Source: Planctomycetota bacterium (GTDB taxonomy: Bacteria > Planctomycetota > B15-G4). Taken from it: 61,125 bases of DNA. The notes below the pieces were generated by a model, which had not been told where the DNA came from, did no database searches, and worked only from the letters and a program-made list of their open reading frames with translations. The stretch is taken from assembly GCA_038212275.1 (NCBI GenBank), contig JBBQUR010000026.1:1-61125 (forward strand). The letters run 5' to 3'. The position numbers and the translations under genes are program-made. Of the stretch, positions 9,886 to 22,802 are shown one piece after another. The number at the start of each line of letters is the position of its first letter. Position 1 is the stretch's first letter.

Positions 9886-12863
9886 CACTCGCCGCCTCCC
9901 TCGCCCGACTCGCCGGCGAGCACGTCCGCCGCGCGCTCGGCATCCTCCGCCGATTCGAGCAGGCCCTTGCCGGCAATCGCATCGAGAACCAGGTCGCCCA
10001 GCGAGCCCTCGGGTTCCACGAAGAAGTCGCCGGCGAGGATCTTCCCGGCGATTTCGCGCGCCTTGTCGTGCGCCTCCTCCAGGTCCGCCTCGCTCCACGT
10101 CACGAGCTTCGCGCGCTCGTCATCGTCCTCGCGCGACAGTGCGATGTAGCCGAGCGCCGGCGACTCGACGAGCGCGTGCGCCTCGGCGAACGGCTTCACG
10201 AGCAGGGCATAGAGCGGAAGCTGCAGGTCGAGCCACGTGCCGTCCCGCTTGCGATGCGCTTTGCCCGGATCGGGAACCGAATCGCCGGTCTTGTAGTCCA
10301 GCACGCGCCAGCGCCGCCCGTCGGCGTGCACGTCGATGCGATCGATGCGGCCGCGCAGCTCCACGGTCTGCTCGCCGACCGAAAGCGTCGCAGCCACCGG
10401 CGGCGCCCACTCCGCCGCGGCGATACGCCAGCCGGCGCGCGTGGAGTCCGCCTGCCAGCGCGCAAAGCCGTGCAGGCGGTGGCGCAACTGCTCCACCTGC
10501 ACGACGACTGCGGGCAGCGGCTGCGGGCCGAAGCGTGCCTGCGCCTCGCTGTCCAGAGCCGCCTCCAGCGCCGCGCGCACCACGTCCTCGTCCTCGCTGT
10601 GGCATGCGGCTCCCTTGCCGAAGGCCTGCAGCGCGTCGTGCGCCAGGTTGCCGAAGCCCAGCGGGTCCAGTTCGTGCGCCTCGTCCTCGGCGCGCCGCAA
10701 TCGCAGCACGTGCTCCAGATAAAAGGCATACGGCGACTGCATGTAGGCACGGAATCCGGTGACGCTGATGCCGCGTGTCGTCGGCGTCACGCCCAGGCGC
10801 GGAAGCGGGCGCGCGGCCGGGACGCCCGATGGCGTCGCGGTCGACGCGGCGGCGCGCGCCGGCAACCACAGCCGCACGCGCGCGGCGACATCGGCGTCGG
10901 GAACCTGGAAGGACAGCGGGCTGGGCAGCAGCGGATCGTGCTCGCTGCCGACACGGCCGGACACGAGGGCCACGCGCGCCCGGGAATGCAGCACGTGCTC
11001 CAGCAGGCAGGCATCGCGGGCCAGCCGCTCGCGTTCGCCGGGAACGGAGAGCGCGACGCGCAGCGCTTCGGGCAACCAGCGCGCGGACGCCGGCGGCGCG
11101 GGCAGCGAGCCCGCATTGAAGCCGGTGAGGATCAGGTCCGGTGCTTCATCGAGCGGGAGCTCCAGCCAGCCGAGCAGGTCCACCGCGTCGCTGTCGGCAC
11201 GCGGCGGGACCTCGGCGCCGGCGCACGCGCGCAGCAGCAGCGCGAGCGCCTCGCGAGCCTCGACGGGTGGGCGCGCAGGCAGCGCGGCCAGCTCCTCGAG
11301 CGCGTCGGCGAGCACGCTCAACGAGGCGTGCGTCGCGTGACTCTCCGGCGCCTCGGGCAGCAGCGTCCCGTCGCCGAAGAGCGCGGACAGCGCCTCCACG
11401 ATCGGCGTGGCCCACGCACTCCAGGTGCGCGGCTTGCCGACCAGCAGCTCGCCCAGCAGGGCATGCACCGCGGTCAGCACCGGAGCAAGCGTCGGCCAGT
11501 CCGTGCGCGGTGCGCCGGCCCCGCAGACGCGACCGGGCAGGTGCTCCTCGTGCGCGGCATCGAGCAAGGCAAGCGGATCGCGACCCGCCAGCGCCGCCTG
11601 CCGGCCAAGCGCCGCGTGAGCCGCCGGATGCCGCGCGAGCGCCGCCAGCGCGGAAAAGCTGCCCGTGGCCAGCAGGTCGGACAGGCCGGCAAGCAGCGTG
11701 CCCACGGGGCTCTCGCGGAAAGGTCCCGCGGTGCCGGGCCGCGCGACCACGCCGCGCTGCGCGAGCCGCCGCTCGAGGAAGGGCGTGACCGATTCATCGG
11801 GCACGCCGCACAGCACGTCGGGGACGCGGGCGTCCGCGGCGGCCCGCGCGGCGTCCTCCGCGGCGTCCTCCGCGGCGTGCGCGGCATCCTCCGCCACCCA
11901 CGCGTCGAGCACGGTCACCGCGCGCGCCGCCTGGTCGTCGGGAGTTTCGACGACGTGCCACGCCGCGCGCAGCAGCGGCAACGGACGCGCACACCACGCG
12001 GCCGTGTCCGCGGCGCCGAAGGCATCGAAGGCGGCGCGCTCCGAAGCCGGCGCACCGACGAGTGCCGTCACCCGCGACCCGAGAGCCAGGAGCAGCTCGC
12101 GCGTGAACGCATTGAACTCCGCGACACCCACGAGCACGACATGCCCCGACGCCGGCGCAGCCGCGGGTACCGACGCAGCCGCCGACGCCCGTGCGGGCGC
12201 TGACGCCGCAAACGCCGGCACGAAGGCTGCAGCCACGAGGGAAGTCCAGCGCCCTTCGTGCGGATCGCTGCGGCCCGCGGCCACGAGCCGCGCGCGATAG
12301 TCCGACTGCACGCCGGCCAGCACGCGCCAGCGCTCGATCTCCGCGAGCGCCGACGGCTCGTCGCGCGCCGCACCGAACACGCCCGGCAGCGCGCGGCCGA
12401 CCTCCGCGACATCGCGCCCCTCCGCGGCCAGTGTCGCGTGCACGTTGCGGAGGTCCTCGGCATAGGCAAGCCACGCGCTGCGGTCGCTGCTTGCCGGCGG
12501 CTCGCGGAACAGCGCGCCCAGCGCCTCCGGCGTCAGCGCCGCCAGCGCATCGCACCAGAGCAGCGTGCGCAGCAGCCGTCCCGCGACAGGTCGAAGCGGC
12601 AGCAGCAGCTCGTCGCCGAGATGGCCCACCGTGATGACGCGCGGCGGCGTCAGCTCCACCAGCCCGCGCTCCGCCGCGCGCGCCACGAGCAGGGCTTCGA
12701 GCCGGCGCGTCGCGCGGCTGCCCGGCAGCGCGACGACAACCTCGGCGAGGTCCGCGCCGAAACGATCCAGCAACCAGTCCGCCGCGCGCGGGAGCAGCGG
12801 CCCGTCCCAGCCGAGGAAGACGCGGCGGTCGCTCGCGATGCGCTCGGCAGGCCGCTCGCTCAC
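9885..12863 (-). CDS. addB: AddB-like protein with C-terminal PD-(D/E)XK nuclease
   Basis: C-terminal SVTGFRAYMQSPYAFYLEHVLRL, GRIDRID, LDYKTG, LQLPLY; long degenerate helicase-like N-terminus; directly upstream of the addA-like gene. Confidence 0.8.
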   Translation of the reverse strand: MSERPAERIASDRRVFLGWDGPLLPRAADWLLDRFGADLAEVVVALPGSRATRRLEALLVARAAERGLVELTPPRVITVGHLGDELLLPLRPVAGRLLRTLLWCDALAALTPEALGALFREPPASSDRSAWLAYAEDLRNVHATLAAEGRDVAEVGRALPGVFGAARDEPSALAEIERWRVLAGVQSDYRARLVAAGRSDPHEGRWTSLVAAAFVPAFAASAPARASAAASVPAAAPASGHVVLVGVAEFNAFTRELLLALGSRVTALVGAPASERAAFDAFGAADTAAWCARPLPLLRAAWHVVETPDDQAARAVTVLDAWVAEDAAHAAEDAAEDAARAAADARVPDVLCGVPDESVTPFLERRLAQRGVVARPGTAGPFRESPVGTLLAGLSDLLATGSFSALAALARHPAAHAALGRQAALAGRDPLALLDAAHEEHLPGRVCGAGAPRTDWPTLAPVLTAVHALLGELLVGKPRTWSAWATPIVEALSALFGDGTLLPEAPESHATHASLSVLADALEELAALPARPPVEAREALALLLRACAGAEVPPRADSDAVDLLGWLELPLDEAPDLILTGFNAGSLPAPPASARWLPEALRVALSVPGERERLARDACLLEHVLHSRARVALVSGRVGSEHDPLLPSPLSFQVPDADVAARVRLWLPARAAASTATPSGVPAARPLPRLGVTPTTRGISVTGFRAYMQSPYAFYLEHVLRLRRAEDEAHELDPLGFGNLAHDALQAFGKGAACHSEDEDVVRAALEAALDSEAQARFGPQPLPAVVVQVEQLRHRLHGFARWQADSTRAGWRIAAAEWAPPVAATLSVGEQTVELRGRIDRIDVHADGRRWRVLDYKTGDSVPDPGKAHRKRDGTWLDLQLPLYALLVKPFAEAHALVESPALGYIALSREDDDERAKLVTWSEADLEEAHDKAREIAGKILAGDFFVEPEGSLGDLVLDAIAGKGLLESAEDAERAADVLAGESGEGGGE

Positions 12864-15800
12864 GCGACGCGCACCGTCGTGCGCCGGCTGCTCGCGACGC
12901 GCTCGTCCGGCGTGAGGATGCCCGTGAAGTTGAGCGGATCGGCAGCGCTCACGGTGATCGGCTCGTCGGTGGCGCCCGGGGCGCCCGGGGCGTCCGCGGC
13001 GCCCGCAGCGTCCGCGGCGCGGCCGGCCCGCCGGAGCGCGCGCAGCTGTTCGACGGCGCCGGGCAGCGCGTATTGCTCGCCGGAGAAGCCCGCCACGAAG
13101 CGCCCGCCGCGCAGCTCGCCGCGCGCCTCCATGCGCCGGAATACTTTCAGGATCTCATACCACTTGAGCGGCATGCGCTCGCGCGTGATCGCCCGCTTGA
13201 AGACGACACCGGTGCGCGCCAGCAGTTGCCGCGCGAGGAACTCGGCGCTGTCCGCATCGCCGGTGGCTTCCGCGTCGCGCGATGCACGCTGCGCCGCGCC
13301 GGGTGCGCTGGCGGGCATGGCCATGACCGCCGGACGGAACAGGCTCCAGCGGCCGGTGGCGGCGGGCGGACGGCGCACGGAACGCGGCGCGTCGTGGCCG
13401 TGCACGTGGCCATGCACATGGCGAGGTGCATGCAGCGCCGCGTGCCGCCCCGTGCGCGGCGACCACAGGCTGCGCAGTCCGCCAAAGGTGTCGCAGGTCG
13501 CGAGGCCGAGGCCCACCAGGTCGGCGAGGCCCTGTTCGACCTGCGCCGGCAGCAGGTTGCCCGCGCGCACGAGTTCCTGCTGGAAGCACGCGCCGCGCGT
13601 CGCGAGCAGCTGCTGCACGGCGGCCGCGCTGCCCTTGCAATTCCACGCGTCGCCGGGCGTGGTCAGCTCGCTCCAGCGCGGCAGGTCCTCGCGCAGGAAG
13701 AGCGCGATGGGCGTCGCGCGGATCGCGCCGGTACCCGCACCCCACAACCGCCCCCACGCGACCTCGCCGCTGAGCATGAGTTCGTCGAGCCAGCCGCGCT
13801 GATAGCCGGCGATGCGCGCGGGCAGCACCTGGCTGTCCCACAGCGCGGCGGGCACCTCGAAGCCCGACAACTGCGCGACGACCTCGAGCACGCCGCGCGG
13901 TCCCTGCAGCTGGTGCCCCGGCGCGACATGCTGCCAGCGCGCGAGGAAGCGCAGGAAATCCGCCGCGGACACGGGCTCGATCTCCGCGCGCAGCGTGTCG
14001 ATCGTGGCGCGATGGATGCGCGCGAGCAGGCGCCGGTTGCACCAGTGCGGCCGGCCGTCGATGCGGGTGCGCAGCACGACGCCGTCGGCTTCGAGCTGCC
14101 CGATGTCCTCCGCGAACTCCACGAGCAGCGGGTCCTCCGCGTCGACGGGCCCCAGCGCCTCGAGCCGCCCCGCGAGGACCGCCTTGCCCGCGCGCGGCGC
14201 CTCCGCAGCGAACCAGCGCGCCCCCCCGTAACCCGACGCGTGGCCCGACGCGAGGCCTGGCGCATGGCCCGACGCGTGGCCTCGTTCGGCGCGCCCCGGC
14301 GCCGCGGCGCCGGCACCGCCCGCGCTCTCGCGGGGTGCGGCCGGGCCACTCGTGTTCTGTGCAGGCACTGCCTCTACTGGACACGAGTCGGCGGGAGCAC
14401 GCGTGCCGAGGTGCGACGCCGCGGCCGTCGGCGGGAGGGCAGGCGCGTCGGCGCGCACCACGCGGCGCGCGGTGGCGAGGTCCAGCAACCAGGTGCTCCA
14501 GCCGTGCGCGAGCGCCTCGTCGTCGCGCAGGAAGCCCATCCACAGCAGGGCTTCGTGCACTTCCTCTGCCGAGTTCGGGTCGGGCCAGGCCTGCTCGCGG
14601 ACGGCGGCGATCGCGGCGGGGTCCAGCGCGCCGATGGCGTCGGCGTCACGCGCGTCGATGCTGCCGCGGCGCATGACGGCCTGCGTGCGGCGCTCCTCGA
14701 GCGGCGCATCGTCGAGGAAGGCCCACGGCTGCGCGGCGAGCACGCCCGCCGCGAAGGCCGACGGCTGGGGCGTGTCGATCGCGAGCGCCTCGATGCGGCC
14801 GCTCGTCACCCCGCCGAGCAGCGCGAGCAGGCCATCCACGTCCATCGCCTCGTGCAGGCAGTCCTCGATGGTCTGGCGCACGAGCGGGTGCTCCATCGGC
14901 ACGGGCAGGTCGCCGGGCGGCAGTGTCTCGCCGCACGCGACCGCCTGCGGGAACGCCGCGACGAGCAGGTCCTCGGCGCGCATGCGCTGCAGTGCGGCGG
15001 GCACCTTGCGTCCGTCGCGCAACCGGGGCAGCTGCAGCGAGCGCGCGACGTTCCAGCGCCAGCGCGTCGTGAACATCGGCGCGGCCAGCAGCGCCTGCAC
15101 GAGCAGCGGCTGCGCGCTGGCCGGGTGCAGGAAGCGGAACACGTCCGCCAGCGGGAAGCTGTGGTGCGGCCCGAGCGAGATGAGGATGGCTTCCTCGTTC
15201 GCGGCGGCCTGCAGCTCGAAGCCGAAGCCGCGGCAGAAGCGCTTGCGAAGCGCGAGACCGAAGGCGCGGTTGATGCGACCGCCGAAGGGGCTGTGGAGCA
15301 CGAGCTGCTGGCCGCCGGTCTCGTCGAAGAAGCGCTCGGCGACGATCCGCCGCTGCGTCGGCGGCGCGCCGAGCGCGGTGACGCCCGCCGCGAGGTGCGC
15401 CGCGACCTGCTCGGTCACCGCGCTGTCCACCGGCCCGCTGCCCTCCACCGCGGCCTGCTCCGCGAGCCAGCGCGCGCCGGCCGCCACATCGAGCGCACGC
15501 CGCGTCCGCGCGACACCCGCGACACCCGCGGCGCTCGCAGCGCTTGCAGCGCTCGCGTCGGCCGCGTCGGCCCAGCGCTCGTGCCAGCCCATCGCGCGCG
15601 CGCAGCCCTCGCGCAGCAGGCCGATCTGCTCGGAGAGTTCCGCCGTGCGCGAGGGCGCCTCGCCCAGCCAGAACGGGAGCGTCGGCGGCTGCCCGGCGGC
15701 ATCCACGACGCGCACGATGCCCGGCTCGACCTTCACGATCTGCCAGCTCGTGTTGCCGAGCTGGAAGATGTCGCGCACGTTGGACTCGATGGCGAAGTCC

Positions 15801-17347
15801 TCGTTGAGCGTGCCGACGAAAGTGCCCTCCGGCTCGAGCACGACGGAGTAATCCGCGTTGTCGGGGATGGCCCCGCCCGAGGTGAGCGCCGGCATGCGCG
15901 CGCGCTTGCTGGCCAGCAGCCGTCCGTTCACGCCGTCGCGGTGCAGCAGCGCCCAGCGCCCTTCGGTGTGCAGCGCCACGACCGCGTCGAAGTCCGCGCG
16001 GGTCAGCGCCCGGTATGGCCAGGCGCGCGAGAGGCAGGCGTAGAGCGCGTCCTCCTCCCAGCCCTGCGGCACGCACGCGGCGACGACCTGCTGCGCGAGG
16101 ATGTCCAGCGCGGCGGGCGGCTCCGGCGTGCGGTCCAGCAGGCCCTGACGCAGCGAGGCGAGCAGCGCGAGGGCCTCGACGGCCTCGTCCAGCGTGAGCG
16201 GGAAGATCCGGCCCTTCGGAACGCGCGCGACGCCGTGCCCCGCGCGCCCGACGCGCTGCAGCAGCGTCGCGATCGCGCGACTGGCCGACACCTGCAGCAC
16301 GAGATCCACGTCACCGATGTCGATGCCGAGCTCGAGCGAGGCCGTCGCGACGAGCGCCGACAGCTTGCCGGCCTTGAGGCGCTGCTCGGCATCCTGGCGC
16401 GTCTCGCGCGAGAGCGAGCCGTGATGGCACGCGACCTTGTCGGGGCCCAGCTGCTCGGTGAGTCGCGCCGCGAGACGCTCCGCGAGCTTGCGCGTGTTCA
16501 CGAAGATGAGCGTCGTGCGGTGCGTGCGCACGAGCTCGGCCATCGTGGCGTAGATCTCGCCCCATTGCTCGTGGCTGCAGACCGCGGACAGCGGACTCTG
16601 CGGCAGCAGCACGTCCAGGTCGAGGCGCCGCAGGTGGCCCGCATCCACGAGCGCGCACTCGCGCCCCGCGCCAACCAGCAGCTTCGCGACGACCTCGAGC
16701 GGTTTCTGCGTGGCCGACAGGCCGATGCGCTGCAGGCGTTCACGCGGCGACGGTGCGATGGAGGGCGCGAGCCGCGCGACGTCGTCTTCCACCAGCGCCG
16801 AGAGGCGTTCGAGCGAGAGCGCCAGGTGGCTGCCGCGCTTGTCCCGCGCCAGCGCGTGGATCTCGTCCACGATCACCGTGCGCACCGTGGAGAGCATGCG
16901 CCGCCCGCCGTCGCTCGTGAGCAGGATGAAGAGCGACTCCGGCGTGGTGACCAGCACGTGCGGCGCCTTGCGGGTCATCTTCGCGCGCTCGGAAGCCGAG
17001 GTGTCGCCGGTGCGCACCAGCACGCGCACGTCGGGCAGCGACGGGTCGAGTGCGCGGATCGCCTCCAGCGGGGCCAGCAGGTTGAGGCGCACGTCGTTGG
17101 AGAGCGCCCGCAGCGGCGAGATGTAGAGCACGGACGTGGCATCGGGCAGCGCCGTCCCCTGGCGCAGCAGCCCGTCAAGCGCCTGGAGGAAGGCCGCCAG
17201 CGTCTTGCCGGTGCCGGTCGGCGCCGCGATGAGCGTGTGCTCGCCGGCCGCAATGTGCTTCCAGCCCAGCCGCTGCGGGGCCGTCGGCTCGCCGAGCGTC
17301 TCCGCGAACCAGCGCGCCACGGCGGGATGAAAAGTGCCCTTGTCCAT
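12860..17347 (-). CDS. lhr: Lhr-family DEAD/DEAH helicase, long form with C-terminal extension
   Basis: APTGTGKT, TTPESL, VDEIH, GLSATQ, HHGSLS, ATASLELGIDIG, QRVGRAGH, LPFWLGE, ERFFDETGG, GGRFVAGFSGEQYA. Confidence 0.92.
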   Translation of the reverse strand: MDKGTFHPAVARWFAETLGEPTAPQRLGWKHIAAGEHTLIAAPTGTGKTLAAFLQALDGLLRQGTALPDATSVLYISPLRALSNDVRLNLLAPLEAIRALDPSLPDVRVLVRTGDTSASERAKMTRKAPHVLVTTPESLFILLTSDGGRRMLSTVRTVIVDEIHALARDKRGSHLALSLERLSALVEDDVARLAPSIAPSPRERLQRIGLSATQKPLEVVAKLLVGAGRECALVDAGHLRRLDLDVLLPQSPLSAVCSHEQWGEIYATMAELVRTHRTTLIFVNTRKLAERLAARLTEQLGPDKVACHHGSLSRETRQDAEQRLKAGKLSALVATASLELGIDIGDVDLVLQVSASRAIATLLQRVGRAGHGVARVPKGRIFPLTLDEAVEALALLASLRQGLLDRTPEPPAALDILAQQVVAACVPQGWEEDALYACLSRAWPYRALTRADFDAVVALHTEGRWALLHRDGVNGRLLASKRARMPALTSGGAIPDNADYSVVLEPEGTFVGTLNEDFAIESNVRDIFQLGNTSWQIVKVEPGIVRVVDAAGQPPTLPFWLGEAPSRTAELSEQIGLLREGCARAMGWHERWADAADASAASAASAAGVAGVARTRRALDVAAGARWLAEQAAVEGSGPVDSAVTEQVAAHLAAGVTALGAPPTQRRIVAERFFDETGGQQLVLHSPFGGRINRAFGLALRKRFCRGFGFELQAAANEEAILISLGPHHSFPLADVFRFLHPASAQPLLVQALLAAPMFTTRWRWNVARSLQLPRLRDGRKVPAALQRMRAEDLLVAAFPQAVACGETLPPGDLPVPMEHPLVRQTIEDCLHEAMDVDGLLALLGGVTSGRIEALAIDTPQPSAFAAGVLAAQPWAFLDDAPLEERRTQAVMRRGSIDARDADAIGALDPAAIAAVREQAWPDPNSAEEVHEALLWMGFLRDDEALAHGWSTWLLDLATARRVVRADAPALPPTAAASHLGTRAPADSCPVEAVPAQNTSGPAAPRESAGGAGAAAPGRAERGHASGHAPGLASGHASGYGGARWFAAEAPRAGKAVLAGRLEALGPVDAEDPLLVEFAEDIGQLEADGVVLRTRIDGRPHWCNRRLLARIHRATIDTLRAEIEPVSAADFLRFLARWQHVAPGHQLQGPRGVLEVVAQLSGFEVPAALWDSQVLPARIAGYQRGWLDELMLSGEVAWGRLWGAGTGAIRATPIALFLREDLPRWSELTTPGDAWNCKGSAAAVQQLLATRGACFQQELVRAGNLLPAQVEQGLADLVGLGLATCDTFGGLRSLWSPRTGRHAALHAPRHVHGHVHGHDAPRSVRRPPAATGRWSLFRPAVMAMPASAPGAAQRASRDAEATGDADSAEFLARQLLARTGVVFKRAITRERMPLKWYEILKVFRRMEARGELRGGRFVAGFSGEQYALPGAVEQLRALRRAGRAADAAGAADAPGAPGATDEPITVSAADPLNFTGILTPDERVASSRRTTVRVA

Positions 17348-17466
17348 GACTCTCCAGCGTGCCGCGAGTCGCCCCCGCTTGCCAGCGGCGTCCCGCGCCA
17401 GGCGCGCGCTGCCGTCCGGGGACGCCAGGCGGCTATCATGCCCGCCCCTGACACGAGGACCACGAG

Positions 17467-18642
17467 ATGACGTCGCGGATGCATGACCTGACCCTTGCCC
17501 TCGCTCCGCGGTGCGCCCGCGGTGCCCTCCGCTCCGCCGTCGTTGCGGCAGGCCCTTGCCTCGTCGGAGCCGCCTTGCTGGCCAGCGGCATGCTCATGTC
17601 CCCGACGGCTGCCGCCGCGGCCCTGGCGGTCGGCGCCCCGGTCGGCGACGGCACGCTGGCGGTGGGCTCCGTCGCCCCGCCGCTCGTCGACGTGACCTGG
17701 GTGCAGGGCAAGGAAGTGCCTGCATGGGGGCCGGGCCAGGTCTACGTGCTGGACTTCTGGGCGACGTGGTGCGGGCCGTGCCGCGAGAGCATTCCGCACA
17801 TCAACGCGCTGAGCCAGTCGCTCGAAGGCAAGGGCGTGCACGTGATCGGCGTGGCCATCTGGCCGCGGCCGGGCATGGTGCCGACGGCCGACTTCGTGAA
17901 GCAGAAGGGCGCCGCGATGGGCTACGGCATCGCCGAGGATCGCGGCGGCCGGACCGCGAATGCCTTCATGACCGCCGCCGGTCGCAACGGAATCCCCACC
18001 GTCATGATCGTGGACGGTGAGGGAAAGATCGCGTGGATCGGCCACCCGATGAACGGGCTCACCGAGGAACTCGGCAAGCTCGTGCCCGGCTTCGATGCGG
18101 TGAACTTCAGCAAGGAGCGCCTCGAACGCGAGGCGGCGTACAACGCGCTCATCACCTCGATGAAGGCCGCGGAGAAAGCGCAGGACTGGGCGACTTTCGC
18201 GGAGACGAGCGTGAAAGTCGCCGAGCTCGACGCCGCCCGCAACGGCGTCTTCGTCATCTACGGCTACCAGGCCCTGCTGAAGCTGGACGACAAGACCGTT
18301 GCGCCGGACTTCGGCCGCGCCGCGGTCGCCGGCACGCTCAAGGATCAGGCCGAGCCGCTCAATCTCTTCGCGTGGTCGATCGTGGATCCCGACGTCGAGA
18401 CGCCGATGGCCGAGCGTGACCTCGAGCTGGCCCGCATGGCCGTGGCGCGCGCGGACGCGCTCTCGGAACACAAGGATCCGTCCGTGCTCGACACGCTGGC
18501 GCGCCTGCAGTTCCTCGACGGCGCCGTGGAGCAGGCCATCGCCACGCAGCGGCAGGCGATGGACCTCACCTCCGACGAGGCGCTGAAGAAGGACCTGAAG
18601 ACCCGCCTCGACGAATACGTGCGGGCCGCTCCGAAGGGCTGA
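17467..18642 (+). CDS. TlpA/redoxin-family thiol-disulfide oxidoreductase with C-terminal helical (TPR-like) region
   Basis: VLDFWATWCGPCRESIPH, GIPT..VDGEGKIAWIGHP; C-terminal LDTLARLQF..AIATQRQA. Start uncertain. Confidence 0.85.
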   Translation: MTSRMHDLTLALAPRCARGALRSAVVAAGPCLVGAALLASGMLMSPTAAAAALAVGAPVGDGTLAVGSVAPPLVDVTWVQGKEVPAWGPGQVYVLDFWATWCGPCRESIPHINALSQSLEGKGVHVIGVAIWPRPGMVPTADFVKQKGAAMGYGIAEDRGGRTANAFMTAAGRNGIPTVMIVDGEGKIAWIGHPMNGLTEELGKLVPGFDAVNFSKERLEREAAYNALITSMKAAEKAQDWATFAETSVKVAELDAARNGVFVIYGYQALLKLDDKTVAPDFGRAAVAGTLKDQAEPLNLFAWSIVDPDVETPMAERDLELARMAVARADALSEHKDPSVLDTLARLQFLDGAVEQAIATQRQAMDLTSDEALKKDLKTRLDEYVRAAPKG

Positions 18643-18678
18643 GCCACCGCGGGCCCGGCCTCGCGTCGCGACGCGCGC

Positions 18679-21210
<2,532 letters not shown>

Positions 21211-21518
21211 GCTCGCGGCCTCGCACGATACACCGCAATCCGTTCGCCGCCGTCACACGGCGTCTCAGCGGCGCCCCGCCGCGCGGCGAGAGCCGTCGTC
21301 GCCGACGCGACCGCGCCGCCCCGCCGGTCCACCGGCGCGGCGTTCGGGGGGACCCGACGTCTCCCACACTCGTAGCCACGCAGCCATTGGCGGATAGACT
21401 CAGCCCGCCCGCCGTGCGCGCGTGGTGCCCGGGGGAAGTCCTCTCCGGGCTTCGAGTGTCCGCGGATTCCGTTTCGTTGCAGGACCCGGCCAGCCAACCC
21501 GACGAAGCGCGTCCTCCC

Positions 21519-22130
21519 GTGGATCTCGACGGGATGCTGCAGGAGCACCTGCCCGCCCTGCGCGCCTACGTCCGCCATCGCGCGGACCGTCTGGTGAGCC
21601 GCAAGGAATCCGTGAGCGACCTCGTGCAGTCCGTGTGCCGCGAGGTCATCGAGCACGTCGACCGCTTCGAGCACCAGAGCGACGAGGGCTTCCGGCAGTG
21701 GTTGTTCCGCACGGCCGAGCGCAAGATCATCGACCGCTACCGCTACTACACCGCGGACAAGCGCGACGCCGGGCGCGAGATCGACGAGGGCACGCCGACA
21801 CCGCCGCCCGCGCTGTTCCAGACACCGAGCCGCGACGCGATCGCGCGCGAGGATCTCGCCACCGCCGAGGCCGCCTTCGCGGGCCTGCCCGACGCGACGC
21901 AGCAGGTCATCATGCTGTCGCGCGTGCAGGGCCTGTCGCACGCGGAGATCGCGCAGCGCCTGCAGCGCAGCGAGGGCGCCGTGCGCAACCTGCTCTACCG
22001 CGGCCTCGCCGTGATCAGCGACGCGCTGCATCCGGCGGACGCGACGCCGGCCGCCCGCAGGAACGGCGCGCCGGAAGCCACGGACCCGCGCGGACAGACA
22101 CCGCCCGCGCCGCCCGCCGCGACAGCCTGA
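21519..22130 (+). CDS. ECF sigma-70 factor
   Basis: sigma2 LRAYVR..SDLVQSV..FRQWLF..IIDRYR; sigma4 GLSHAEIAQRLQRSEGAVRNLLYRGL. Start uncertain (GTG/TTG/ATG options 21456-21534). Confidence 0.9.
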   Translation: MDLDGMLQEHLPALRAYVRHRADRLVSRKESVSDLVQSVCREVIEHVDRFEHQSDEGFRQWLFRTAERKIIDRYRYYTADKRDAGREIDEGTPTPPPALFQTPSRDAIAREDLATAEAAFAGLPDATQQVIMLSRVQGLSHAEIAQRLQRSEGAVRNLLYRGLAVISDALHPADATPAARRNGAPEATDPRGQTPPAPPAATA

Positions 22131-22193
22131 CGACGCCCGCCCGGTCGCGGGCCCGTGTTCGACAGTGGCCGTCGCCGCTGGCATCCTCTGGGG

Positions 22194-22760
22194 ATGAGCC
22201 TCACGCGCGACGAAGCCTGGGACCTGCTCTGCGAATGGACGCCGTCCGACGCGCTGCGGCGCCACGCGCGCGCCGTCGAGGTCGTGCTGGCCGCGGCCGC
22301 CACGCGCTACGGCCCCGGCCCGGACGCCGCGCCGCACTGGGGCCTCGCCGGACTGCTGCACGACGCCGATTACGACCGCTGGCCCGACGAGCACCCCGCG
22401 CGCATCGTCGCGTGGCTGGAACAGCGCGAGGAGCCGCAACTCGCCCACGCCATCTCGGCGCACTACAGCCGCTGGGGCGTGACCCACGACGCGCCGCTCG
22501 ACAAGGCGCTGCTTGCCTGCGACGAGCTGACGGGTTTCATCGGCGCCTGCGCGCGCGTCCGTCCCGGCGGGCTGTCCACGCTGGAGAGCCGCTCCGTGCT
22601 CAAGAAGCTGAAGGACAAGGGCTTCGCGGCCAAGGTCGAGCGCAGCGAGATCGAGCTGGGCTGCGCGCTGCTCGGCGTGGGTCTGGCCGAGCACGTCGCC
22701 TTCGTGATCGAAGCGCTCGCCGCACACCCCGACGCCGCGGAGCTCATGCCACCGGGCTGA
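22194..22760 (+). CDS. HD-domain metal-dependent phosphohydrolase
   Basis: RRHARAVE, GLLHDAD, ACDELTGFI, KKLKDKGFAAKV. Confidence 0.88.
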   Translation: MSLTRDEAWDLLCEWTPSDALRRHARAVEVVLAAAATRYGPGPDAAPHWGLAGLLHDADYDRWPDEHPARIVAWLEQREEPQLAHAISAHYSRWGVTHDAPLDKALLACDELTGFIGACARVRPGGLSTLESRSVLKKLKDKGFAAKVERSEIELGCALLGVGLAEHVAFVIEALAAHPDAAELMPPG

Positions 22761-22802
22761 GCGGCGCCATCCGCCCCGCCCTTCCACGCACTCGAATCAC
22801 CG

